Counted from the stretch's first letter, positions 47,851-57,209 are shown. The stretch: 64,000 bases of DNA from a virus (IMGVR_UViG_3300015050_000842:9894-73893), one strand, 5' to 3'. Program-made: numbers and translations. The notes: generated by a model from the sequence alone, not told the origin.

Positions 47851-48339
47851 ATGAAACTGTCAGGTAAAAAACTTGAATTAATACATATAACAAGACAAAG
47901 TCTATTTGATTGCGATTATGTAGGATGTTGCGATAATTGTGGTAAGATTATAGTCAATATAGCCACCGTAAAAGACGAAAACGGCAAAACTTATGAGATA
48001 GGACTAGACTGTAAAAAGACATTGATAGACAAGCCTGTAATTGATAAAATGTTGCTTAGTACTGATTTTATGACAAAGTACAATGTTAAGGAATACAAGC
48101 AAATGACATCAGAAGCGGAGAAGTTTTTAAAGTTTTGTTCTTATCCTGATATTGATATTCAGATAAGTAATAGCGAAGTTGTTATTTATGACAATAAGCC
48201 AAATACTCAATTTCCTGATAGCGGATTAATTGGCAATACTATCTATATGCAAAACATAGGCTATTTGAATAAAATAGGACTAAAGAATTTTATCATTAAC
48301 CTATTAAATACTAATAAAGCAAAATTATCTAAATATTAA
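47851..48339 (+). CDS. Early hypothetical protein with Cys motifs (CCDNCGK...GLDCKK)
   Basis: ORF track; possible zinc binding. Confidence 0.6.
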   Translation: MKLSGKKLELIHITRQSLFDCDYVGCCDNCGKIIVNIATVKDENGKTYEIGLDCKKTLIDKPVIDKMLLSTDFMTKYNVKEYKQMTSEAEKFLKFCSYPDIDIQISNSEVVIYDNKPNTQFPDSGLIGNTIYMQNIGYLNKIGLKNFIINLLNTNKAKLSKY

Positions 48340-48389
48340 TTAAACCATTTAAGACCGTTCAGGTGCAGAACTAAAAAGACACAAAGAAA

Positions 48390-48626
48390 ATGAAAAACGA
48401 CATTTATTTAAACTGCAAGGCTCAAATTAAAAAAGAAGCTATTTTATTAAAGCGTGATAATCCTAAAGATAAAGCATATATACGCTATCAATTAAACACT
48501 CTTTGCGACGAACTTATAAAGCAAATTAATTGGTATGTAATGAAGGACAAAATAACTGAAAAACAAGCTAAATTATACGCTCTTTGGTTATCATCATTTA
48601 CAGCAAACATGCACCCTAAAAACTAA
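48390..48626 (+). CDS. Early hypothetical protein
   Basis: ORF track. Confidence 0.6.
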   Translation: MKNDIYLNCKAQIKKEAILLKRDNPKDKAYIRYQLNTLCDELIKQINWYVMKDKITEKQAKLYALWLSSFTANMHPKN

Positions 48627-48630
48627 TAAC

Positions 48631-48882
48631 ATGAAAAATTCACTAAAACATTTTAATACGTCTTTAAAGCAATTGCAACAAGACGAAAAAGACGGTAAGC
48701 AATTAAGCCAAAATCATTATGGGGACTATTTAATGATTGAACAGTCAGAAGATAAAGAGCATTACAGGGTTTGGCTTAATCATCCTGAAAATGTAAAACA
48801 AGGATGTTCAAAATATCAAATTGAATATTGCGGTAAGGGTAATAATTGGAATTGGAAAACAATTAAACAAGGTAATAATTAA
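48631..48882 (+). CDS. Early hypothetical protein
   Basis: ORF track. Confidence 0.6.
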   Translation: MKNSLKHFNTSLKQLQQDEKDGKQLSQNHYGDYLMIEQSEDKEHYRVWLNHPENVKQGCSKYQIEYCGKGNNWNWKTIKQGNN

Positions 48883-48886
48883 AGCT

Positions 48887-49609
48887 ATGAAAAAGATTAT
48901 AAAAGAAAATGTAAAAATTACGGATGCCTACGAAATGCCAAATGCCTACATTATAGATAAAGACGGTTTATGTTTTGTCTTTGCTTGTGTTGGTATTATA
49001 TCAAGTTGTAAATATCAAAAAGCAGAAGATTATTTAAACCCTTTATGGCATAACAAATTCGTTTTGTCTATTCAATACGATTATAGAAGCGGAGATGATT
49101 TAAATTCCTTTAAATGGGTTAAGAATACGGGAACGTATGGAGAAACATTTTTCTGCGATACTTTGGAAGATGCAATTAAAAAGCATGAAGATTTTATAAA
49201 CAGGACTTTTGAAAATTACAGGACATTTCACGGGGATAAAATAGAGCAGATTAATAAAGCAACTATTAAACAGGTCGCAAAATCTCAATCATTACATCAT
49301 TACAGTATGTTTCCAAATCTATTAGAGAGAAACGACATATATCTGCAAATTATCAAAAATAGCGGGGAGATGACAGAACTGAATAAATACATTGATAGAT
49401 ATAACAACAACAGAGTTGCAGACGAAAAATACCTTAACAAGGTAAAAAACAGGTTTTTGTCAGACTTTGGGCAACCATTAGAACTATTTATACATAATTG
49501 GCATTTTTACATAACAGGGTTTATGAATAAATTCAACTTTAAAAATGTTGATGACCTAAACAAAAAGCAACAAGTAACAATCAGGAAAGTAATACACTTA
49601 TATAATTAA
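48887..49609 (+). CDS. Early hypothetical protein
   Basis: ORF track 48821..49609; likely ATG 48887. Confidence 0.65.
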   Translation: MKKIIKENVKITDAYEMPNAYIIDKDGLCFVFACVGIISSCKYQKAEDYLNPLWHNKFVLSIQYDYRSGDDLNSFKWVKNTGTYGETFFCDTLEDAIKKHEDFINRTFENYRTFHGDKIEQINKATIKQVAKSQSLHHYSMFPNLLERNDIYLQIIKNSGEMTELNKYIDRYNNNRVADEKYLNKVKNRFLSDFGQPLELFIHNWHFYITGFMNKFNFKNVDDLNKKQQVTIRKVIHLYN

Positions 49610-49713
49610 CCCCTAACCACAAAATAAAGCCATTACAGACACTTTAATATGTTTGTAATGGTAATTACTAACTTGCCCTTTATAATTGATTACAGGGCTT
49701 AATTTTAAACGAA

Positions 49714-49959
49714 ATGAAACAACATAACCAGATAGGAAAGTACCCTAAAAAAGAGTTAGTGCTTGACGGCAAAAAGGGCAGAAACTTTGTAACCCCTAAA
49801 AATAAAACATATCAGTTTGACTACGAAAAAATAGGTAATTCATATAATTTTATTATAATCTATATGGGTAAAAGAATGAGAATGAAAGAATCAGATTTTA
49901 ACAAGCATAATATTGATGATATTCTAATCTCAATAGAAAATTCACTTGCCATAAACTAA
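49714..49959 (+). CDS. Early hypothetical protein
   Basis: ORF track. Confidence 0.55.
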   Translation: MKQHNQIGKYPKKELVLDGKKGRNFVTPKNKTYQFDYEKIGNSYNFIIIYMGKRMRMKESDFNKHNIDDILISIENSLAIN

Positions 49960-49964
49960 ACACA

Positions 49965-50147
49965 ATGAAAACAGAACTTAAAAAAGCAATAGTTGATTTT
50001 ATTTTTGAAAATGAAAAAGACTTTCAACTAATTAACAGAACTATCCAATATTTCAGGGAGTATATTTACAATAGTGAGGGAGATTATTTGATAGGCGGAG
50101 AAGAAGTAAAAGATTTTATAAAAGATGCTATAAAGTTTTTGCTATGA
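49965..50147 (+). CDS. Early hypothetical protein
   Basis: ORF track. Confidence 0.55.
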   Translation: MKTELKKAIVDFIFENEKDFQLINRTIQYFREYIYNSEGDYLIGGEEVKDFIKDAIKFLL

Positions 50148-50341
50148 CAGCACAACAAATAAAAGATGCAGTATTGCAAGGCAATAAGGTATTCTACGGA
50201 CACAAAGGCTATGAAGTCATTACCGATAAGCATAATCAATGGTTTATAAGATATATTCCTAATGGGCATTGTATTGGATTAACGTGGCAAGACGGAACAA
50301 CACTAAACGGAGATGAACAAGATTTTTATATTGAAAACTAA
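50144..50341 (+). CDS. Early hypothetical protein
   Basis: ORF track. Confidence 0.55.
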   Translation: MTAQQIKDAVLQGNKVFYGHKGYEVITDKHNQWFIRYIPNGHCIGLTWQDGTTLNGDEQDFYIEN

Positions 50342-50353
50342 ACACTAAATAAG

Positions 50354-50596
50354 ATGAAAGCAACACAAAATCATATCCATAGCCTTGAAAGTATTTTATA
50401 CCGATTGAAACAAGCAGAAAAGTATATTGAAAAGGATTGCATAGAAATTTGCCTAAAGGGAGATAATACAACTTTTTCCTATACCAATCGTAACGGAGAT
50501 ACATTAGGCACTCTTACAAAGTTTGTAGGCTCTGAATTAAACCAATTAAAAAACGCAATTAACGAATTAGAAAACTTAATTGAAACAAGCAAATGA
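50354..50596 (+). CDS. Early hypothetical protein
   Basis: ORF track. Confidence 0.55.
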   Translation: MKATQNHIHSLESILYRLKQAEKYIEKDCIEICLKGDNTTFSYTNRNGDTLGTLTKFVGSELNQLKNAINELENLIETSK

Positions 50597-50698
50597 AAAC
50601 ACTAACACAAATTGATTGGCTGAAATGGATTTTAGCATCAATAACACTAACCTTTATTTTATCGGGTATTTATTCAGCATACTTAAACTTGTAAGGAG

Positions 50699-50971
50699 AT
50701 GATAGAAATTAAAGGAATTAAATACGAAGAAATTCCACAACACCAACCGATGAGAATGAGTAAAACAGCTATGGAATTAATTGCTATGGCAAGTATGTTT
50801 TACACTCCATATATGGGTTATGGTAATGGAAATTCACAACCGAAAGAAAAATTAAAAATTGATATTGTTAAAGAGTTTGAATTAATTCAGGACAAAAAAT
50901 CTAACCTTTCACGTTCTGAAAGAGAATGGGTAGTAAAAATATTTAATCAAAAATACAGGCAAGTAATATGA
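50699..50971 (+). CDS. Hypothetical protein
   Basis: ORF track. Confidence 0.55.
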   Translation: MIEIKGIKYEEIPQHQPMRMSKTAMELIAMASMFYTPYMGYGNGNSQPKEKLKIDIVKEFELIQDKKSNLSRSEREWVVKIFNQKYRQVI

Positions 50972-51288
50972 AAGAACTTGAAGAAAAACGCAAAGACGAA
51001 ATTAAGATTGTTTCGGAAAGGCAGATTGAAAAGCAATTAAAGTTTATCGGTAACATATTTGTAAGACCAAATCAGAAATGCTATGAATACAATACACTCA
51101 CTAAAGAACTGCAAATAGCCAAAACAGAATGTATAATCAATCCATTTGCAACAGGTAAGAAGATTGATATTTACAATGGTTGAACAATAGGAGAGAGCAA
51201 ATTTGAACAAAAGGTAATTACCAAAGATGACTGCCTGTATGTTGTAGCTATTAACAAAAGAAACGCAAAACGTAAATTAGGATTATGA
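50968..51288 (+). pseudogene. Hypothetical gene interrupted by an in-frame TGA at 51181-51183 (nonsense mutation or readthrough)
   Basis: The frame continues for 34 sense codons after the TGA and ends in a TGA overlapping the next ATG (ATGA at 51285-88). Confidence 0.5.
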
Positions 51289-51503
51289 AACAAGCAAAAG
51301 AACTATTCACCGAATTAAAGAAACACTATTCAAGTACAGAGATATTTATTAAGCTATTCTCTGCCATTATGGGATGTGTTGGAGGTATTATGATACTCTT
51401 AGGAATATGGAAATTCTTAGTAGATGTATTGGGAGATAATATTTTAAAATAATTTGATAGTATTAAAATAAATACTATATTTGATAAACGAAACGAGAAT
51501 ATA

Positions 51504-51806
51504 ATGAAACTTAACAAAGAAAATGCAAGAGCGTTTAACCAATCGTTAAAACTTGCGGTAAGTAACCAAACCCAACAAAAAGTAAGGGTAGAGATAATTA
51601 ATTCATATAAATTTCCTGATTGTTATGTTAGAGTTTATGCCCCAAATGGATTTTCAAACGAATTTAGATTAAGTGTTTTTGATGCTTTTGGTAATTCAAG
51701 AGATGGGCTACTAAATATGGATAATATTTCTTATGGAAATATTCAGAGCGGATTTATTTCTGGCAAAGTATTTCAATGGGAAAATCTTTTTAATCAAAAT
51801 AACTAA
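51504..51806 (+). CDS. Hypothetical protein
   Basis: ORF track; TATATTTG box at 51476-83 upstream. Confidence 0.6.
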   Translation: MKLNKENARAFNQSLKLAVSNQTQQKVRVEIINSYKFPDCYVRVYAPNGFSNEFRLSVFDAFGNSRDGLLNMDNISYGNIQSGFISGKVFQWENLFNQNN

Positions 51807-51807
51807 C

Positions 51808-51978
51808 ATGAAAACGACCTACAAAGTAAAGCTAACACCTCACCCGATAATCATTCGGGTACAAGACAACGCCGAAGAAATAATCTTTGATAAGAAACAC
51901 CTTAAAATCAGTAAGGCAGAAAGAATTGTTGCTGATTTGAATTTAGGGGTAACGATTGATTTTGATAACTTAAACTAA
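51808..51978 (+). CDS. Hypothetical protein
   Basis: Likely ATG 51808 within ORF-track entry 51733..51978. Confidence 0.5.
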   Translation: MKTTYKVKLTPHPIIIRVQDNAEEIIFDKKHLKISKAERIVADLNLGVTIDFDNLN

Positions 51979-52150
51979 ACACAATGAAAAGCGAACCACT
52001 AACAAACGAAAAAGCTATTGAACTAATCAATGCTCAAATAAAAGACCTTGCATGGAATGTTGAATACCATGAGCAGAAACTTGCAGAGTACAGACTTAAA
52101 CTGCAATTAGCAGAGCAGAATCTTACAATCTATCTTAAACCCGAAACAGT

Positions 52151-52219
52151 ATGAGAATCAATTTCACAATACAAGGCACTAAATACTCTTTAGATGCCGA
52201 TGGCAGTCAGTATTGTTGA
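52151..52219 (+). pseudogene. Truncated duplicate of the 5' end of gene 52944..53225
   Basis: MRINFTIQGTKYSLDADGSQYC* versus MKINFKIQGTPYYIDADGSCY. Confidence 0.7.
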
Positions 52220-52228
52220 ATAAATTAT

Positions 52229-52236
52229 TATATTTG
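52229..52236 (+). promoter_or_regulatory. -7 promoter box (TATATTTG)
   Basis: 4 nt before the structured leader of the HNH gene. Confidence 0.65.
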
Positions 52237-52240
52237 TAAC

Positions 52241-52366
52241 GCTTTGTACTTAACTCTTAAACACATGATTATTCATTCTTAAAAATATACCCTGACGGCT
52301 GGCGGAACATTCCTCTCTATGAGAGTTAAGTTACAAAGCACGTTAGCCTGATGGGTTTTTAAAATC
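52241..52366 (+). ncRNA. Structured 5' leader, pseudoknot/attenuator-like (copy 4)
   Basis: CTTTGTACTTAACTCT (52242-57) pairs with AGAGTTAAGTTACAAAG (52322-38); ACCCTGACGGCT (52289-300) is complementary to CGTTAGCCTGATGGGT (52341-56); T-tract then ATG. Confidence 0.6.
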
Positions 52367-52960
52367 ATGGGACATTTCAAAAATATAGACAATCAGTTTT
52401 CTATCGATGGAGAAATTTGGAGAAAAATAAGACAACATAAACTATATGAAATTTCAAACTACGGTAGATTGCGTAGGTGGCGTAATTCAAAGCAAGAATA
52501 CTATATCTGCATAAATCCACTTGTAAGGGTTACAGGATATTACAGAAAGACCATGCAGGTAAATGGTAAAAGTACAGGACAATTTATTCACCGATTAGTC
52601 GCAGAAGCATTTATACATAATCCTGAAAATAAGCCAATGGTAAACCATAAAGATGGCAATAAATGGAATAACCACGTTTCTAATTTAGAATGGGTTACCG
52701 CCAAAGAAAATATTGACCACGCATGGAGGACGGGTTTGCAACACACTAATTCACCCAATCTAAAAGGGTCACGACCAGCAAGAGAAATAAATCAATTAAC
52801 ATTAGAAGGAAATTTTATAAAAACATGGAAAAATGCAAGACAAATACACAGGGAATTAGGATTTTCAAATACAAGCATCTCTAAGTGTTGCAATAAAGAA
52901 AAACATCATAAAACAGTCAGAGGATTTAAATGGGAATATAAAGATGAAAATAAACTTTAA
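52367..52960 (+). CDS. NUMOD4-HNH homing endonuclease with NUMOD1-like C-terminus
   Basis: EIWRKI...YEISNYGRLR; IHRLVAEAF..MVNHKDGNKWNNHVSNLEWVTAKEN; FIKTWKNARQIHRELGFS. Confidence 0.9.
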   Translation: MGHFKNIDNQFSIDGEIWRKIRQHKLYEISNYGRLRRWRNSKQEYYICINPLVRVTGYYRKTMQVNGKSTGQFIHRLVAEAFIHNPENKPMVNHKDGNKWNNHVSNLEWVTAKENIDHAWRTGLQHTNSPNLKGSRPAREINQLTLEGNFIKTWKNARQIHRELGFSNTSISKCCNKEKHHKTVRGFKWEYKDENKL

Positions 52961-53225
52961 AATTCAAGGCACACCGTACTACATAGATGCAGACGGCAGT
53001 TGCTATACTCTTTATGCAATAGGAGTGAACAGAGATAAGGATTCCAAAAAGTTTGGAGAGCCAACAGAACGGTTTATAGGTCACTATACTAAAATAGTCA
53101 ATGGCTTAAATAGAGCCGTTCAGACAGAGTTAGGCAATAGTATTGAAGAAATAGACCTGAAAGAGTTTTTGTTAAGATACGAGTCAGCTATGGAGTCTAT
53201 AAGCAATCAAATAGGAGATAAGTAA
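52944..53225 (+). CDS. Hypothetical protein
   Basis: ORF track, 93 aa. Confidence 0.6.
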   Translation: MKINFKIQGTPYYIDADGSCYTLYAIGVNRDKDSKKFGEPTERFIGHYTKIVNGLNRAVQTELGNSIEEIDLKEFLLRYESAMESISNQIGDK

Positions 53226-53226
53226 G

Positions 53227-53385
53227 ATGGGACAATTAGTATCTGCAATTATAATATTTGCACTCATAACCTTATTAGGTTTAGGAATAGCATACGTTAC
53301 GGGATGGAATGGGAAAACCGTATTGTTTGTTCTTTATGGACTAATAGTATTTTTAGGATGTATTCAAGCAGCAGACGAATTATGA
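53227..53385 (+). CDS. Small two-helix membrane protein (52 aa)
   Basis: Manual translation MGQLVSAIIIFALITLLGLGIAYVTGWNGKTVLFVLYGLIVFLGCIQAADEL. Confidence 0.55.
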   Translation: MGQLVSAIIIFALITLLGLGIAYVTGWNGKTVLFVLYGLIVFLGCIQAADEL

Positions 53386-53597
53386 ATCACTACAACCCAT
53401 ATCAAACCCTTAGTTACACCGCTAAGTACGGTAGTCCTAAACCAAAAGTTAAACATACTCACTTTGTAGTGACTTATAATGGGATTGCCTTAACAAAGCC
53501 GATGTCTTATGCTTTATCGCAAATGGAGTTAAAGCAATTTAAGATGCAGGGTATTTTATATCCTGATAAAACAAAGTTTAAAATAGTAGGAGTATAA
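53382..53597 (+). CDS. Hypothetical protein
   Basis: Likely ATG 53382 (ATGA overlap) within ORF-track entry 53304..53597. Confidence 0.5.
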   Translation: MNHYNPYQTLSYTAKYGSPKPKVKHTHFVVTYNGIALTKPMSYALSQMELKQFKMQGILYPDKTKFKIVGV

Positions 53598-53612
53598 ACA
53601 AAACGAAACGAA

Positions 53613-54548
53613 ATGCAATTAAAGACAATTAAAAAGACAATTTCAGCCAAAATGAACGCATGGCTTGAATCAATTACAGATGAAAAACTTAGGTCAGATG
53701 TCAAAGACAATTTGCTTATTTCAGGTGGTTCAATTACATCATTACTACTTAACGAGGAAGTAAATGACTATGATGTTTATATTCAAGACAGAAATGTTTT
53801 GCTTAAATTAGTTAATTACTATGTTGGAGATATGGATGACGTAGAGGTTTGGGATGGCAGGAACAAAAAAGACATCATCAAAGACAGAGAGTTCGATGGT
53901 TGTGACTTAGAAAATAGCTACTCACAATTAGGTTGCGCCATTAGGAACTTAGGCACAGACCAAATAAAACTTTATATAGAGGGTAGTAGTACAGGAGGGT
54001 TAAAAGTAGAAAGTGCCTTAGAAGCAGTTAGAAACTCTGCCGAATCAATGACAGAAGTAGCTAAGTATAGAGTTGAATTTTTGTCGCCAAACGCTATCAG
54101 CCTATCGGATAATATTCAAATAGTTATTCGTTTCTACGGAACACCCGAAGATATACACAAAACATTTGATTTTATACACGCCACAAACTACTTTACATTT
54201 AAAGATGGAGTTGTTACAAATATAATGGCACTCGAAAGCATACTAACTAAGCAGTTGCATTATCAAGGTTCTTTATATCCACTAACATCAGTTATAAGGG
54301 CTAAAAAATTCTTAGATAGAGGATGGAAAGTAAATGCAGGTGAATACCTTAAAATGATGTTTCAAATCTCATTACTCGACCTTACCGATATTGATGTTCT
54401 TGAAGAACAGTTAATAGGGGTTGATGTAGCTTATTTTGGGGCATTAATTAAAGCATTGAGAGAACACAAAGAAAAGAATATTGATTTTGTACCTACGGCA
54501 GCGTACATGAATGAAATTATAAACAGAATATTTAACGAAGAAGAATAA
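53613..54548 (+). CDS. Pol-beta superfamily nucleotidyltransferase-like protein (poly(A) polymerase/CCA head-like)
   Basis: ISGGSITS...VNDYDVY (GG..DxD), FDFIH and R..KF..RGW motifs. Confidence 0.6.
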   Translation: MQLKTIKKTISAKMNAWLESITDEKLRSDVKDNLLISGGSITSLLLNEEVNDYDVYIQDRNVLLKLVNYYVGDMDDVEVWDGRNKKDIIKDREFDGCDLENSYSQLGCAIRNLGTDQIKLYIEGSSTGGLKVESALEAVRNSAESMTEVAKYRVEFLSPNAISLSDNIQIVIRFYGTPEDIHKTFDFIHATNYFTFKDGVVTNIMALESILTKQLHYQGSLYPLTSVIRAKKFLDRGWKVNAGEYLKMMFQISLLDLTDIDVLEEQLIGVDVAYFGALIKALREHKEKNIDFVPTAAYMNEIINRIFNEEE

Positions 54549-55264
54549 TGGAAACAAAAACAAGTATAGCAAAAGCCATATTAGCGGTAATGAAAGACGT
54601 TAAGGGCATTGACAAGAGTATGACAGTTGGTTCAGGGAACAACTCATACAAAGGAGTACCTGACCAAGAGGTAAAAAAGATAATCGGTGAAGCGATGGAA
54701 AAGCACGGGTTATGCTTATTACCTATCGGAGTAGATGCAAAAACAAAGATAGACCGATGGGAAGAAGAGTCTACTTACAACGGAGTAACATCAAAGAAGA
54801 TGAAACAGTCCGTATTTACAGAGTCAAAAACACGATACCTTTTACTACATACAAGCGGAGAGAGTATTGAACTTGAAGGTTACGGTCAGGGAGTTGATTC
54901 ACAAGACAAAAGCGCAGGTAAAAGCACCACGTATGCACTAAAATACACACTTTTATACACTTTCTTAGTTCCAACAGGGAAAATTGACGATGCTGATACT
55001 ACTCATTCAGATGATATTCAAACACCACAAACGAAAGCACCTGTTCAAGTCAAAGAACCAAGCGTAGACGATAAAGTAGCCAATATGCAAGGCAGAACAA
55101 ACCCTGAATTACCCTCTGGAATTGCACAGTCTATCTTAGATGCAAAAACACAAGCAGAACTAAAGACTATATGGGAATCAAATACAGACCTACATAAAGT
55201 TAAGAAGTTTGCTGATGCAGTAACACAAAGGAAAGCAGATTTACTTAAAAACGGAATGAAATGA
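54548..55264 (+). CDS. erf: ERF-family single-strand annealing protein
   Basis: GQGVDSQDKSAGKSTTYALKYTLLYTFLVPTG..DDAD motif. Confidence 0.85.
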   Translation: METKTSIAKAILAVMKDVKGIDKSMTVGSGNNSYKGVPDQEVKKIIGEAMEKHGLCLLPIGVDAKTKIDRWEEESTYNGVTSKKMKQSVFTESKTRYLLLHTSGESIELEGYGQGVDSQDKSAGKSTTYALKYTLLYTFLVPTGKIDDADTTHSDDIQTPQTKAPVQVKEPSVDDKVANMQGRTNPELPSGIAQSILDAKTQAELKTIWESNTDLHKVKKFADAVTQRKADLLKNGMK

Positions 55265-55452
55265 AAAATTGGAGATTAGAAACAATGGCAAAGGATTGTA
55301 TTGATTCTTTGGTTAATGAGATTGATTCATTAGAAAAAGAAGTTGATAGATTGACAGACGAAGTTGATGAATTGCAAGATAGATTAACCGAAAGAGATAA
55401 TCAAATCTCTGATTTAGAAGAAATAATTCAAAACCTTAATAATCCTGAATAA
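55261..55452 (+). CDS. Small coiled-coil protein
   Basis: Heptad acidic helix. Confidence 0.6.
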   Translation: MKNWRLETMAKDCIDSLVNEIDSLEKEVDRLTDEVDELQDRLTERDNQISDLEEIIQNLNNPE

Positions 55453-55967
55453 TGGAAACTACACCACTATTAAAAAAGAAGTCAATATATAACCTACAAT
55501 CAGAGTATATTGATTTAATGAATCAGATTGAAGACAATGAAGGAGAATTAACACCTGAACTATCTGCACAACTTGACATAACAAAAGAACAGTTAGAGGA
55601 TAAAGCAACAAGCTATTGCTATCTAATGAAAGAACTTAGTTTTGATACTGCTAAAATAGACGCTGAAATAAGCCGTTTACAGGCACTAAAATCTTCTAAG
55701 GTTAAATTACAAGAGCAATTAGAAATTCGTGTGTCAGAAGCCATGAAACGGTTCGGTATAGACAATATAGACCGTAACAACCTTAAACTTTCATTCCGAG
55801 CATCTAAACAGTTGATTATTGCAGAAGGAACTAAAATACCTAAGCAATTCCAAATCGTTAAAATGAATACGGTGGTGGATAAGGCTAAATTGAAAGCACA
55901 TATTGAATCAGGTAAGAAAGTAAAAGGAGTTAGCATATTAGAGAAGAAAAATCTTCAAATAAAGTAA
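55452..55967 (+). CDS. Siphovirus Gp157-family protein
   Basis: SIYNLQSEY...IDAEISRL...KLSFRAS...VDKAKLK...GKKVKG pattern. Confidence 0.85.
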   Translation: METTPLLKKKSIYNLQSEYIDLMNQIEDNEGELTPELSAQLDITKEQLEDKATSYCYLMKELSFDTAKIDAEISRLQALKSSKVKLQEQLEIRVSEAMKRFGIDNIDRNNLKLSFRASKQLIIAEGTKIPKQFQIVKMNTVVDKAKLKAHIESGKKVKGVSILEKKNLQIK

Positions 55968-56176
55968 TGGATGACATTCAAAAAAGACTATCAGGCAGGA
56001 TAAACTTACTATCTGATTTTAACATCACAGTAGATTATGAAAATGATATGATTTACGTTCATTGTGACAGAGAGTTAGATGTGAGTATAACATGGTTGAA
56101 ATACATGAATAAGCCAAAGTTCACAACTTACCTTAACGAAGTTCAGGAAGCATACTTAATAAAAAACGAATTATGA
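55967..56176 (+). CDS. Hypothetical protein
   Basis: ORF track. Confidence 0.5.
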   Translation: MDDIQKRLSGRINLLSDFNITVDYENDMIYVHCDRELDVSITWLKYMNKPKFTTYLNEVQEAYLIKNEL

Positions 56177-56457
56177 AATGGTATATAGGACAACCGATAG
56201 TGGCGATAAGGAATCATTCACAAGGTATATTTAAGAAAGGTCAAGAGTTTTCTATATCAGGAATTAGATTATGCCCATGTGGGTGCAATATGATTCAGAT
56301 TGATATTTCAATTAAAAGCGGAACAGAGTGGGAATGTGACAAATCAAAATATAGAGAGCATACCGCTATATGGTGGCTTTCTGAAAGAAATTTCGCACCA
56401 CTTGACCAAGACATATCAGAACTAACAGAAATATTAACTAAAAAAGAAACAGCATGA
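56173..56457 (+). CDS. Hypothetical protein
   Basis: ORF track. Confidence 0.6.
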   Translation: MKWYIGQPIVAIRNHSQGIFKKGQEFSISGIRLCPCGCNMIQIDISIKSGTEWECDKSKYREHTAIWWLSERNFAPLDQDISELTEILTKKETA

Positions 56458-56584
56458 TAAACGAGCAACAAACAACAGGATGGAAAGTAACGATATGTGT
56501 TATCTGCTTTCTATGGGGAGTAATTACAGGTATAATAATCAGTAAGGCTATTGATAGCAATTACTATTCTAAGGAGGTAGTGAA

Positions 56585-56950
56585 ATGAACAGAGATATAA
56601 AGTTTAGAGGTATAAGTGAACGTACTAATGGTTTTGTTTACGGTAGTTTATTTTTTGCCGATACAGGGTTGACTATAATTGAAAATGGAGGTTCTGACAT
56701 AACAGACTTCCATTTCGTTAAGCCCGAATCAGTAGGTCAATACACAGGAATAAAATTTAATGATGTCGAATTATACGAAGGTGATATAATCGAATGGTAT
56801 CAAAGACCAGAGGGTTATCCACAAGACCCCCAAAAAGTTAGAAAAACAAAAGTAATTGAACTTAGTAATTTAATAGCTGGTTGCTTTTTGTATAACTTTT
56901 ACGATTATAAGATTATCGGAAACATTCACCAAGACAAAGACTTATTATGA
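56585..56950 (+). CDS. yopX: YopX-family protein
   Basis: REIKFRG-like start, VGQYTG, LYEGDII and IIGNIHQDKDLL motifs. Confidence 0.85.
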   Translation: MNRDIKFRGISERTNGFVYGSLFFADTGLTIIENGGSDITDFHFVKPESVGQYTGIKFNDVELYEGDIIEWYQRPEGYPQDPQKVRKTKVIELSNLIAGCFLYNFYDYKIIGNIHQDKDLL

Positions 56951-57204
56951 GCAAAAACCTACACATGGAAACGCAAGAACAACTACTTGCCAAAGAACCA
57001 ACCGCCATTTCACTTGAATTGGTAGAGAGAGAATACAAATTCTTAGGTTGGGATAATAGTTGGAGTATTAAACCTCCTGAATTAATGCCTTGTAAAGAAG
57101 CTAAACACGAAAGACGTTATTTCTATCAAGGTAACAGAGGACACAACAATACAGTAGTCTGTGATAAATGCAGATACTATTATAAATACGACAGTTCAGA
57201 TTAG
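56947..57204 (+). CDS. Hypothetical protein (Cys/His motif)
   Basis: ORF track. Confidence 0.55.
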   Translation: MSKNLHMETQEQLLAKEPTAISLELVEREYKFLGWDNSWSIKPPELMPCKEAKHERRYFYQGNRGHNNTVVCDKCRYYYKYDSSD

Positions 57205-57209
57205 AAAAT

